A stretch of DNA of 64,000 nt from an uncultured Holophagales bacterium. GTDB taxonomy: Bacteria; Acidobacteriota; Thermoanaerobaculia; Multivoradales; UBA5704. The notes below the pieces were generated by a model. It searched no databases. It had not been told where the DNA came from and worked only from the letters and a program-made list of their open reading frames with translations. The DNA is taken from contig CAWJGT010000006.1 in assembly GCA_963842525.1 (NCBI GenBank), forward strand, positions 160,001 through 224,000. Reading direction: 5' to 3'. Position numbers and translations under genes: made by a program. Positions within the stretch are counted from its first letter, which is position 1; each line of letters begins with the position of its first letter. This document shows positions 42,126 through 52,730 of this stretch, piece by piece.

Positions 42126-43466
42126 TCAGGCGGGCTCGGGGCGGAGCAGCAGGCCCGGGCCGCCTGGCAGGCGCTGGAGGACGCCGGAGACCAGAGCGAG
42201 CAGCTCGAGAGTGCTCTGGTCCTTCTCCACGGCTTCGACGAGCAGGAGCAGGGCGACCATGGCCTCGCGTTCGACGCCAATGGATCGGAAGGTCGTCACC
42301 AGCTCGGAGACGAGCAGGCGGACCTCCTCTCTCCGGCCCTGCCGCAGCCAGACCGCAGCGAGCTCGAGCGAGACCAGGGCCGCGAGGTAGCCCAGCCCGG
42401 CCGTGTCCACGCCGCGGCGTGCATCGAGAAACAGCTCCTCGGCCTGGGCGAGGTCGCCGAGCCCCGCGGCGATCTTGCCTTCGATGATGTGCAGCTTGGT
42501 CTGCTCGCTCGGGCCGGCATGGCGGGCGTAGAGGGGCCGCATCCTCTGGATCTGCCGCCTCGCCTCCCCGAGATCGCCGAGCTCGACCCGGAACAGGAGG
42601 GTGTTGTGCAGAGCGTGGAACGCCAGGCGCGGGTCGCGCTCCCGGTCGATCGCGGCAAGCCCCTCGGCGAGAAGAGGCAGAGCCTGATCGGGGCGGCCCA
42701 TGTACCCGGTGTAGAGGCCCTTGGTGATGAGCATCCGGCCGGCCTCATGCGTGTCTTCCCTCTGCGTATAGAGGGCGTGCGCCTCGTCGAGCATGCGGAA
42801 CGCCTCCGGGAACTGCCGCTGGTCGCAATAGAGCGATGCGCGCAGGTCAGCCAGGCGGGCGAGCAGGGCCGGTGAGCCGTTGCCTCCGGCCTGCAGCTCC
42901 AGGGCCCGCGCCATGGCATCCTGGGCCTGCGCGAGGTCTTCCCGGACGCGCCAGGCGTTGGCCAGCTCCGCCCATGCACGGACACGCAGGTCGAGGGTCT
43001 CGCGCATGCCGTATCTCCCGGAGTCGAGCCGGTCGGCCGCGTGCTGCGCGAGCTGTGCCAGCCGCAACATGCCCGCGGGGTCGTCGTGCCGCAGCTCGCG
43101 GCTCTTCTCCAGCAGCGTCGTGAAGAGGTCCAGCGTCCAGAAGCGAGGGTCCTCGGGGAGCGCCGGGCCGCGGAGCAGGCGTGACACCTTGCGCTCCACC
43201 TCCTGGCGGGCGATCAGCTCGCGGTTGCGGGTCAGGACATGGGTGAAGGCCGAGGCGATCGCCGTGTCGTAGGCGGCGTCCAGCTCGGGGGTGAGCTCGG
43301 CTTCCTGCAGGCCGGGTTGGAACATGGCCGTCGCGTACGGCCCCATGGCGTCCTGGCAGTGACGGCAGCCGGCCGCCAGATGCCGCAAAACGGCGTGCGC
43401 CTGCTCGGCCGGTAGACCGCTGCGGAGGAAGCCTTCCAGCGTCTCGCGATCAGGATGTCCAATCAT
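42126..43466 (-). CDS. zf-HC2-like N-terminus + TPR protein
   Basis: SD AAGGAG; HPDRETL..HLAAGCRHC; TPR helices; C-terminal ALVSLELA motif shared with 17538 and 19007. Confidence 0.8.
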   Translation of the reverse strand: MIGHPDRETLEGFLRSGLPAEQAHAVLRHLAAGCRHCQDAMGPYATAMFQPGLQEAELTPELDAAYDTAIASAFTHVLTRNRELIARQEVERKVSRLLRGPALPEDPRFWTLDLFTTLLEKSRELRHDDPAGMLRLAQLAQHAADRLDSGRYGMRETLDLRVRAWAELANAWRVREDLAQAQDAMARALELQAGGNGSPALLARLADLRASLYCDQRQFPEAFRMLDEAHALYTQREDTHEAGRMLITKGLYTGYMGRPDQALPLLAEGLAAIDRERDPRLAFHALHNTLLFRVELGDLGEARRQIQRMRPLYARHAGPSEQTKLHIIEGKIAAGLGDLAQAEELFLDARRGVDTAGLGYLAALVSLELAAVWLRQGRREEVRLLVSELVTTFRSIGVEREAMVALLLLVEAVEKDQSTLELLALVSGVLQRLPGGPGLLLRPEPA

Positions 43467-43527
43467 CGTGGCTCCTTCCATCAAAACAACAGCAAAAGAA
43501 ATACCAGCCTGCTCCGCACAGCCCGCA

Positions 43528-43824
43528 TCAACCGCCGTTGCCGGCAGGTGGAGTCGGCACACCGGTCAAGGAGCCTCCATTCGGGTCCACGCCGAACCCC
43601 TTGTCCACTTCGGACTGCGTGGCTGCTTGCCAAAACGAAAAGATGCCGCTCATCCTCTCGCCGAGCCCGCTCTGCTCGACGACCGCGGCCCAGAAGACGA
43701 GCCAGCCCTGGCTCCTGGACGTCCTTGCGGTCTCTTCCGCGGCGGCAGGCCAAGCCCCTGCAAGCCCGATCCCGGCGGCGAGCAGCAGCACGGCTATCCC
43801 TCTGCGGATGATGTGTCGGTCCAT
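43528..43824 (-). CDS. Small secreted precursor with DKGFGVDPNG core
   Basis: SD AAGGAGG; signal peptide RRGIAVLLLAAG..WPAAA|EE; 98 aa. Confidence 0.75.
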   Translation of the reverse strand: MDRHIIRRGIAVLLLAAGIGLAGAWPAAAEETARTSRSQGWLVFWAAVVEQSGLGERMSGIFSFWQAATQSEVDKGFGVDPNGGSLTGVPTPPAGNGG

Positions 43825-43973
43825 TCGGTCCCTCCTTTGACTCGAACGAAAGCAGGGCATCTTACAATCCAAGGTGCGCAAGGATAGCAGATCCGCGCCA
43901 TCCCCTTGCGCACCCGGTGAGCAATCCGGCTTGTTTTGCGCTCAAGAGCTGAGCAATTTAGACCCTCACCAGC

Positions 43974-46900
43974 CTACAAAGTCGCGACCGCCGCCTTGCG
44001 CCGGAGCTGGAGCACCTGGACATCGGGGTCGACGACCACCTTGTCGGGCTCGAAGGCGCAGCGGATGCGGACCACCTTCTCCTCGCCGGCTTTGAGCAGG
44101 ACCGTGCTGCGTGCCTCGCGGTAGCCGGCGACCGGCTTGCCGTCCTCGGTGAAGCGCTCGCCCTTCGTCGCCGCCACCTCGACCGGCATGCGGCCGGTGC
44201 CGGCGTTCTTGACGCGGACGATCGCCTCCCACCCGCCGCCGGAGCGCGCCTTGCGTGAGCCGCTCAGCTCGTACATCGGCATGACGACCTCATGGAACCA
44301 CTGCTTCACGAAGGCGTCGTACCCCGGCTTGTCGGCGGCGAAGGGGCGCATGGTTGCGATGAAGTCCTGGAGCACGGGGTGGTCGGGCTTTTCGCTCCAA
44401 TCGGCGATGAACTGCCGCAGGCCGGCGAGGGCGCGGTCACGGCCCATGTGCCGGAGGAGCATCCAGAAGACCCAGCCGCCCTTGTCGTAGGTGACCGTCT
44501 GGTCTCCCGCCTTGGTGCCGTCGATGCGGACGAGCGGGCGCTCGGCGTCCACCTGCCGGTCCTCGCCGTAGTTCTCCTCGATCCGCTTGGCGAACTCCAT
44601 GCGCGCCCGGGCGCCCTTGACCTGCTCGAACAGGAGCATGGTGGAGAAGTGCGACATCCCTTCGGAGAGGATATTGCCGCCCGGGCCCTTGCCGGGCGTC
44701 AGGAGGTTGCCCCACCACTGGTGGGCCGCCTCGTGGGCCGTGACCATGAAGGCGGCGTCGGTCTTGATGTCGCTCTTGGTGAGGAAGCCGATCCCCTCCG
44801 AGAAGGTGATGTTGGTCGGGAACCCCTGGGCGTAGGTCGCGAGGTTGGGGAACTCGGAGAGCTTGAGCTCACGCCAGGGATAAGGGTGGAACCACTCCGA
44901 ATACCAGCGCCGCGAGGCGTCGAGCGCCCCGATCATCTCGTCGATGTTGTAGCCGTGCCCGGGGTGGTGGTAGATCACCGTGCCGTTGCCCCGCCGCTCC
45001 TTCCAGCGCCCGGCGACCACGTTGAAGAAACGGACCGGCCGGTCGCTCTCCCAGACCACGGTGCGCTGGCCCTTGTCCACCTTGTCCTGCAGCTTGGTGC
45101 CCACCGAGTTCCAGGTGTACTCCGCCGGTCCGGTGATGCGGATGCGGGTCGTATAGGAGCGGTTCATGCCGAAGGCCGAATCGGTCTTGCCCTCGTAGAA
45201 GTCCGGCGGGTAGTCGCGCGGCTCGTACTGGTTCTCGTCCTCGTCGACGCCGACACCCTCGATGTAGCCCACCACCGGCACGAAGCTGGGGCCGAAGCTG
45301 GTCAGCACCACGCCGGAAGGGAGGATGAACTCGTTGGTGCCGCCGCCGTTCTCGGTGATCCCCTCGGGGAAGGCCCCCTCGAAGTCGAAGCCGATCCGCA
45401 GCCGGCCGCCGGGCGGGAAGGGGCCGGGCGGGGTGAACACGTAGAGGCTCGACTTGTCCTCCGGCTTGTAGGGCTTGCCGTTCAACGTCCACTTGACCTT
45501 CTTCCAGTGCGCGCCGCCGGTCAGGGCGAAGCGGGAGAGGGCGTGGTCGCGGTCGTTGACCAGGTCGTAGGTGCCTTTGTTGTGGAACCAGCGGCGGGCC
45601 GGATCGAAACGCAGGTCGAGGCCGACGGCGGTGACCGCCGGCTGCGGCGCGTCCTTCCAGGTGGCGAGGTTCTGCTTCCAGTAGTCCTTGCCCTTCTTTT
45701 CGTAGGCCCCGCCCCGGAAGCCGTCCTCCACCGCCAGCCAGAGCATGATGCCGGTGACCAGCGGGACGATGGCAAAAGGGGCCAGGCGCAGCGCCTGCCG
45801 GAAGAACGGCCGGGGGGAGAGGCGGTGCATGGTGCCGATGGCGTCCACCTGCCGGCGCTGGAAGCCGCGGACCGAGACGGCGATGAACAGCGCGGCGAGG
45901 CCGAGCGCGGTCAGCCGGTTGAGCAGCAGGGCGCGGGCGTCGAGCTCGAAGGTGCCCATGTCCGTCCACTCCAGCGCTCCCCAGAGCGGCCAGTTGCCGA
46001 CCCAGTTCATCTTGCCGGTGATCAGGCAGTAGCCGGTGAGGAAGATGACGGCGAGGCCGACGCCGTAGGTGACGAAGCGCTGGCCGGTGATCGCCCGGAC
46101 CGCGGTGATGAACGAGGTCCAGAGCAGGAAGGTGGGGATCAGCAGCAGCCCCCAGACGAGCAGGAACGGCCGCAGGTCGAAGCCGACCTTGCCCTGAACG
46201 AGCAGCGCAATGGCACACCCGATGAACGCCGCGAGCACCACCACCAGGCCCACCAGGCTGTTCGCCAGCGATTTGCCGAAGAGCATCGAGGCCGTGCGGA
46301 TCGGGCTCGCGTAGGCGATCGAGCCGAAGCCCGTGGCGCGGTCGCGCTCGATCGACTCGACGGTGTAGAACATCAGGAGCAGGGAGAGCAGGAAGCTCAG
46401 CACGCCCATGGAATTCACCGCCAGCCCGCCCGGCGTCAGCAGCATCCGGGTCTGGAACGCTCCCAGGGTGAACATGGCATTGCCCAGCGTCTCGACGAGG
46501 ATGAGGACCGCGAAGAGGTAGATGCCGGGCGAGGCGAAGAGGTTGCGGATCTCCGTTCCCGCGATCCGGGCGGCGCCGGCGAAGAACCCGGGCGCGGAAG
46601 TGCGCATCCCCAGATCGGCGAGGAGCGGGGGGGCGGCGCGCGGTGCGGGCTTCGACCACCGTCGCCTCGGCGGCGGCGCGGCGGCGGCGGAAACGGAGGA
46701 TGCGGCGCTCGCGCGCGGGGATCTCCGCGCCGCGTACGCTGCGCGCCAGGTGCCGCTGCGCCAGGGCCACGCCGAGCAGGCCGATGCCGCTGAAGGCGAG
46801 CCGCGACAGCACGAAGGGCAGGTCCAGGCCGATGCGGGCCGTGTTGTAGAAGCCCGCGCCGCGGTCGAGCTTGATCCAGGTCTCGTCGAGCCAGCGGAAG

Positions 46901-47583
46901 CCGGCCGGGTCGACCAGCATCAGGGCGCGGTTGATCCGCGGATCGAGCCAGGTGGGCGCCCAGTCCCACAGGAAGAAGGTGCAGAGGAGGAGCACGCCGA
47001 TGGGGAGCAGGAACACGGTGATCGGCTTGCGCCAGCGCTCGCCCAGGAAGAAGGCGACCCCGGCCAGGAACAGCAGGGTCGGCAGCCCGAAGATCAGCGC
47101 CGGGCGCAGGTAGTTGACCGCCTCCAGAGGGCCCCGGATCTCGGCCGCCTCGGCGTTCGGCACCACGTGGTTGAAGAAGACCATCGACAGGAGATGGAGC
47201 CCGAGGACGGCGAGGAAGCCGGTCAGCACCGCCAGGAACTTGCCCCAGACGTACTCGCCGGGCCGCAGCGGGGTGGAGTGGAGGACCTCCCCGAGCCGGT
47301 TCTCGTCGTCCTGGACCACGGTCATGCCGGCGGCGATCGAGACGAAGAAGCCGTGCATGGCGCAGACCATGATGGCGAGGATGATGCCGACGTTGAACTC
47401 GGAGGTGATCCAGGCCTTGGTGCCGCCCACCGAGGCGTCGCCCGACTGGATGCGGGCATTGCCGGTCGACATCAGCCAGCTCAGGAGGAAGACGAGGAGG
47501 AACAGCCACCAGAAGAGCGGACGCCGGAGGGTGTGCGCGAGCTGCAGGCCGTAGACCGAGCGGAACCGCGCGAAGCTCCTCAT
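43974..47583 (-). CDS. ABC-2 permease / M1 aminopeptidase fusion (frameshift near 46620)
   Basis: Two permease halves (TPLRPGEYVWGKF, SPIRTASMLFGK) then AHEAAHQWWG..SEGMSHF, YDKG. Confidence 0.85.
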
Positions 47584-48501
47584 CGAGCCCCTCCCGCCGC
47601 CGCCGTGGCCTCTTCCTCCTGCGGCTCCGCCGCGGCGTCCTGCATCCGGAGGAGGTAGGCGTCCTCCAGCGTGGCCTGGACCGGCTCGAAGCCGAGCGGC
47701 GCCTGGCCCGTCGGGCTCGTAGATCCGCACCCGGTGCTTGCCCTCGACCAGGATGGCCTGGGTGACCTGAAGGCGGCTGCGCACCTCCTCGAGCTCCTCG
47801 CGCGCCACCCGGCCCTCGAAGATCCGGCCCTGGATCGTCGTCCGCGCCTCGTGCGGCGAGGTCAGCGCCACCAGGCGTCCCCGGCGGATCACCGCGAAGC
47901 GCGGGCAGAGCACCGCGACGTCCTCGACGATGTGGGTCGACAGCAGGACGATGCGGTCCTCGGCCAGCTCGGCGAGCAGGCGGTAGAAGCGGAGGCGCTC
48001 CTCGGGGTCGAGGCCGGCGGTCGGCTCGTCGGCGATGATCAGCCGCGGATTGCCGGCGATCGCCTGGGCGATGCCGAGCCGCTGGCGCATGCCGCCCGAG
48101 TAGGTCTTGACCCGCCGCTTCGCCGCATAGGTGAGGTTGACCCGCTCCAGCAGCTCGGCGCAGAGCTTCTTCATGCCGCCCGGCGCATCGATCCCCTTGA
48201 GCTCGAGGAGATGGGCGAGCATCTTCTCGCCGGTCAGATGGGGATAGAAACCGAAGTCCTGGGGCAGGTAGCCCAGCCGTTGCCAGACCTCCTCCGGCTT
48301 GGCGAGGACGTCCTTGCCATCGAGAAGGACCTGTCCCGACGTCGGCTCCAGCAGCCCGGCCAGGATCCGCATGAGCGTCGTCTTGCCGGCGCCGTTCGGT
48401 CCCAGCAGGCCGAACATCCCGGGCGGGACGTCGAGGTTGATGCCCTGCAGGGCCGTCACGGGGCCGGGGTAGACCTTCACGAGATCGCGGATCGTCAGCA
48501 T
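47580..48501 (-). CDS. ABC transporter ATP-binding protein (frameshift near 47700)
   Basis: GPNGAGKT, YSGGMRQR, DEPTAGLD, STH. Confidence 0.93.
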
Positions 48502-48669
48502 GGGTCGGTTCCTTTCTGGTGCCGGAGCGGCCGGCGCAGGCCGGTCCCAGCGTGTTCTACGCACGAGCTGTGTGAGAGGTTACTCGACAACAGGCGGAAT
48601 CGGCCGGGGGCCGGGCTCGGTTATCCTGTGGGGACTTTGCCGGCCGGGTTTCCGGCCCAAGGAGTGAAC

Positions 48670-49611
48670 ATGAGCCGCACGCAACCTGGTTTCCGCCTCT
48701 TCGCCGCCCTGCTCGCCGCAGGCGCCTTCTGCTTCGCCGTCCGCCCTGCCGCGGCGCAGGGCAGCCCGAACCTCTCCGCGCCCGCCGCAGGCTCCTACGT
48801 CCAGGAGGTCGAGGACGCCCGCAAGGAGCGCAACGCCGGGCTCAAGGAAGAGAACAGTTGGCTCACCCTGGTCGGCCTCTACTGGCTCGACGAGGGGGAG
48901 AACCGCTTCGGCAGCAGCGCCGACAACAAGGTCCTCTTCCCGGAGGGCAAGGTGCCGGCCGTGGCCGGAACCTTCGTCCGCAAGGGCAATGCGATCAGCA
49001 TCCGGGTCGAGCCCGGCGTCAAGATCACCCATGACGGCCAGCCGGTGACCGCGATGGACATCCGGAAGGACACCGACGACAAGCCCACCGTCCTGGACCT
49101 CGGGAGCATCAGCTTCTTCGTCATCCAGCGGGGCGACCGGATCGGCGTGCGGATCAAGGACAAGGAGAGCCCGGTGCGCACCGCGTTCCACGGCCTCGAC
49201 TTCTATCCGGTCCGGCCGGATTGGCGGGTCGAGGCGCGCTTCGAGCCCTACCAGCCGGCGAAGAAGGTCAAGATCCCGAACGTCCTGGGGCAGATCTCCG
49301 AGGAGGATTCGCCGGGCGCGGTGGTCTTTGCCCGCAACGGGAAGACCTACCGGATGGACGCCCTGGGATCGGCCGAGGAGGGGCTGTTCCTGATCTTCGC
49401 CGACGAGACGAACGGCAAGGAGACCTATGGCGCCGGCCGCTTCCTCGACGCCGCGCCGCCCAAGGACGGCAAGGTGATGGTGGACTTCAACATCGCCTAC
49501 AACCCGCCCTGCGCCTTCACAGCCTTCGCCACCTGCCCGCTGCCGCCCGCCCAGAATCGCCTGGCCCTCCGGGTCGACGCGGGGGAGAAGAAGTTCGGGG
49601 CGGGGCACTGA
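48670..49611 (+). CDS. DUF1684 family exported protein
   Basis: WLTLVGLYWL, TYGAGRFL, DFNIAYNPPCAF..CPLPP. Confidence 0.88.
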   Translation: MSRTQPGFRLFAALLAAGAFCFAVRPAAAQGSPNLSAPAAGSYVQEVEDARKERNAGLKEENSWLTLVGLYWLDEGENRFGSSADNKVLFPEGKVPAVAGTFVRKGNAISIRVEPGVKITHDGQPVTAMDIRKDTDDKPTVLDLGSISFFVIQRGDRIGVRIKDKESPVRTAFHGLDFYPVRPDWRVEARFEPYQPAKKVKIPNVLGQISEEDSPGAVVFARNGKTYRMDALGSAEEGLFLIFADETNGKETYGAGRFLDAAPPKDGKVMVDFNIAYNPPCAFTAFATCPLPPAQNRLALRVDAGEKKFGAGH

Positions 49612-49634
49612 GCCTGGGATTGAAATCCCAGGCT
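49611..49634. repeat. Single family-B hairpin between convergent genes
   Basis: AGCCTGGGATTGAAATCCCAGGCT. Confidence 0.6.
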
Positions 49635-49645
49635 ACCCCCCCAGG

Positions 49646-50353
49646 CTATCTCCCCAATAATCCGAATGGATTGACCGCCGCCCCCTTCCACCACTGCTTC
49701 TCCGGGGTCAGCCGGAAGATGGCGAAGTGGAGGTGGGGGCCGTCCGGGGAGGCGTTGCCGGTGGACCCGACGGAGCCGAGGGTCTGGCCGCGGCGGACCC
49801 AGCTCCCCTCCTGCAGGCCGTCGGCATACTGGTCGAGGTGGGCGTAGTAGTAGGTGTAGGTCTCGGCCGGATCGAACTGGTAGATCGTCAGCCCGCCCTG
49901 CTTGCTGGTGAACAGCTTGACGATCCGCCCGTCCTCGACGGCGAGGACCGGCGTGCCGCGCGGCGCCATGATGTCCATGGCCCCGTGGACCCGGCCCTCG
50001 CCGCGAGCGTCGTCGTAGGTGTTCTGGAGCTGATCGGCCCGCAGCCCCTGGACCGGCACGATCAGGTGCTTGGCCACGAGATCGGCGGTGGGCGGCAGAG
50101 ACGGGGTCCAGGGACGTGAAGGCGTTGCCGGCTGTGATGATCCCTGGGGGGCGGCCGGTCCGGGGACAGGCCGCGCCGGCTCCGTGGGCACGGACGCTGG
50201 AGGCCGCACCTCGCCGGGGGCCGGAGGCGGAGGTGCGGCCGAGGGCGACCGGAACATCCAGAGGATGAAGAGCACCGTGGCGGCTCCCAAAAGGAAGCCC
50301 CCCAGGCCCGACAGCATCACACGTCCGCCACCCCTCTCACCCTTCTTCTCCAC
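49646..50353 (-). CDS. M23 family metallopeptidase
   Basis: HGAMD, YAHL, PHLHF. Confidence 0.92.
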   Translation of the reverse strand: MEKKGERGGGRVMLSGLGGFLLGAATVLFILWMFRSPSAAPPPPAPGEVRPPASVPTEPARPVPGPAAPQGSSQPATPSRPWTPSLPPTADLVAKHLIVPVQGLRADQLQNTYDDARGEGRVHGAMDIMAPRGTPVLAVEDGRIVKLFTSKQGGLTIYQFDPAETYTYYYAHLDQYADGLQEGSWVRRGQTLGSVGSTGNASPDGPHLHFAIFRLTPEKQWWKGAAVNPFGLLGR

Positions 50354-50366
50354 ACCGCACCTCCCC

Positions 50367-51398
50367 TCACTCCACGAAGAAGACGTCCGTCCCCGGCCTC
50401 ACCAGAGCCGCGACCGTGAGCGCATCCCAGTTGGTCAGGCGCACGCAGCCATGCGAGAGAGTCTTCCCGATCATCTTCGGCTCCGGCGTGCCGTGCAGGC
50501 CATAGTGCTCCTTGGACAGGTCGATCCAGACCAGGCCCACCGGGTTGTTGGGACCGGCGGGGATCTTCGCCTTGGAGTGCGCCGGATCGGCGTCCCAGAA
50601 CAGGTCGGGGTTGTAGTTGAAGGTCGGGTTGCGGGCGACCGCCTTGACCTTCCACTGCCCAAGGGGGAGCGGGTCGTGCTCGCTGCCGGCGCTGACCGGC
50701 GCGAAGAAGAGGACGTCGTCCCCGCGCTCCACCGTCAGCGTGGAATTGGACTTCGAGACCGTGACCCGCACGCCGTCCGGCCCCGCAGTGGGCTCCGTGG
50801 GGACCGGACGCACATGAGGCACACGGATCTGCTCGCCGGCCACGAACCGGGCCTGCGGGTTGAGCGCCTTGAGATAGCTGGGATTGGTGTGGAAGCGCTC
50901 GGACAGCATCTCCAGGACCGACGTGTAGCCGAGGGCCGGCAGCTTCGACTTCTCGACCAGGTCCTCGGGGATGGCCTTCACGAAGGGTCCGTCCGCGTCC
51001 TGGGGCGTGATGGCGTAGGCGGCGAGGACCTGCCGGCCTCCGGAGGCCACCAGGTTCTCCCAGGTGGCCTCGTCGATCTTGCCGGTAGGCTCCAGGTCGT
51101 GCGCCGCCTGGAAGGCCGTGAGGGCCCGGCGGGTGTTGGTGCCTCCCTGGCCGTCGATGACCCCCGGCGAGAAACCGGTCCGGTCGAGCAGGATCTGGAC
51201 GTCGCCGGCCGACTTCATGGACGGCCCCTCGCCGTCCGCGGCCTGCGGTTGCCCCGGCTGTGGCTGGACCTGTTCGGGCGGTGCAGGGGTGGCCGCCCGC
51301 TGGCCCTCGCCGGGCAGGGGCGGCCGGGCAGCGGCAGCGGTCAGGCCCGGGGTGAGCAGGCAAAGCAGGATCAGGGACCTATGAAAAGCCTTCGGCAT
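50367..51398 (-). CDS. L,D-transpeptidase with peptidoglycan-binding domain
   Basis: SPGVIDG..NTRRAL..FQ; YGLHGT..SHGCVRL. Confidence 0.92.
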   Translation of the reverse strand: MPKAFHRSLILLCLLTPGLTAAAARPPLPGEGQRAATPAPPEQVQPQPGQPQAADGEGPSMKSAGDVQILLDRTGFSPGVIDGQGGTNTRRALTAFQAAHDLEPTGKIDEATWENLVASGGRQVLAAYAITPQDADGPFVKAIPEDLVEKSKLPALGYTSVLEMLSERFHTNPSYLKALNPQARFVAGEQIRVPHVRPVPTEPTAGPDGVRVTVSKSNSTLTVERGDDVLFFAPVSAGSEHDPLPLGQWKVKAVARNPTFNYNPDLFWDADPAHSKAKIPAGPNNPVGLVWIDLSKEHYGLHGTPEPKMIGKTLSHGCVRLTNWDALTVAALVRPGTDVFFVE

Positions 51399-51503
51399 GA
51401 TGTTGTCTCCTGGTGGGTCCGCGCGGAGCGGAACCGGTCTGACCCCCTAGGATGCAACGCGCGAGCCACCGTGTGAAAGAATGGAGCCCCCGGGAGCCCA
51501 TAC

Positions 51504-52640
51504 ATGCTCGACAAGCCTGAAAAGACCCTCAGCCGCTACTTCTTCATCGTCGTCCTGATCGCCACCACCATCGTCTTTTTCCGGATGGTGGCGCCGTTCC
51601 TGGTGCCGGTCCTGCTGGCGGCGGTGTTCGCGACGCTCTTCTACCCGATGTACGAGGCCTTCGTGCGGCTCTTCCGGGGCCGGCGGTCCCTCGCGGCCTT
51701 CCTCTCCTGCTTCATCCTCCTCCTCGGCATGATCCTGCCGCTCTACGGGATCGCCCACCTGGTCACCCGCGAGGCGATCGACGTCTACCACACGGCACAG
51801 CAGAAGGTGGCGGAGATCATCCGCCTGGGCGAGTCGGGACCGCTGGGCCGCATCCGGAGCTCGCGCTGGGTGCAACAGCTCCAGCTCGACCAGATCAACT
51901 GGCGCGACAGCCTGCAGAACGCCGCCGCCTCGGCCGGCACCTTCGTGGCCGGGCTGATCAACCGCACCTCGCGCGGCACGCTCCAGCTCGTCGTCCTGAT
52001 GTTCATCACCCTGTTCACGATGTTCTACTTCTTCCGCGACGGCCGGGTCCTGCTCCGTCGGGTGCGCTACCTGATCCCGATGGACCGGGAATCCAAGAAC
52101 GCCCTCGTGGCCCGCTTCACGGCGGTCTCGCGCGCCACGGTCAAGGGCACCCTCCTCATCGCGCTCGCCCAGGGGGCGCTCGCCACCCTGACCCTCTGGA
52201 TCTTCGGCGTCGGCTCGCCGTTCCTCTGGGGGGTCGTGTCCACGCTCTTCGCCATCATCCCGCTGGTCGGCGTGTGGCTGGTGCTCTACCCGGCGGCCTT
52301 CATCCAGATGGCGATCGGCAACCTGTGGCAGGGGGTCGGCATCCTGGTGGTCACCATCGTGGTGATCGTCAACGTGGACAACCTGTTGCGTCCGCGCCTG
52401 GTGGGGCAGGAGGCGGGCATGCACGACCTGATGGTCTTCTTCTCGACCCTCGGCGGCATCGGCATGTTCGGCGCCGCCGGCTTCATCATCGGCCCCATGG
52501 TGGCAGCCTTGTTCCTCTCCCTCCTGGACATCTACAGCCGGGAGTTCAAGGAGGATCTGGACGGCACGCTGACGCTGACGAACGTCCCCATGGTGACCGA
52601 GGCCCCCCCTCCTGCCGCGGGGGAGGGCGGGGCGGCGTAG
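51504..52640 (+). CDS. AI-2E family transporter
   Basis: Multi-TM; DNLLRPRLVG, GFIIGP. Confidence 0.9.
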   Translation: MLDKPEKTLSRYFFIVVLIATTIVFFRMVAPFLVPVLLAAVFATLFYPMYEAFVRLFRGRRSLAAFLSCFILLLGMILPLYGIAHLVTREAIDVYHTAQQKVAEIIRLGESGPLGRIRSSRWVQQLQLDQINWRDSLQNAAASAGTFVAGLINRTSRGTLQLVVLMFITLFTMFYFFRDGRVLLRRVRYLIPMDRESKNALVARFTAVSRATVKGTLLIALAQGALATLTLWIFGVGSPFLWGVVSTLFAIIPLVGVWLVLYPAAFIQMAIGNLWQGVGILVVTIVVIVNVDNLLRPRLVGQEAGMHDLMVFFSTLGGIGMFGAAGFIIGPMVAALFLSLLDIYSREFKEDLDGTLTLTNVPMVTEAPPPAAGEGGAA

Positions 52641-52679
52641 GGGCAGGCCGTCAACAAGGGCTTTGCCGAGACGGAAGAG

Positions 52680-52712
52680 CAACCTGGGCCGCCCGGTGGG
52701 CGGCCCAGGTTG
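52680..52712. terminator. Perfect hairpin between convergent genes
   Basis: CAACCTGGGCCGCCC-GGT-GGGCGGCCCAGGTTG. Confidence 0.65.
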
Positions 52713-52730
52713 TCGGGTTTCTGCGGCGTC

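Noticed and set aside
44869-48564. 1231-aa ATPase-permease fusion
   Set aside because: Artefact of frameshifts near 47700 and 46620; the ATGA overlap at 47580-47583 indicates two genes
51504-52640. AI-2E transporter as part of the peptide signalling system
   Set aside because: Ubiquitous family about 8 kb away; the name alone is not evidence
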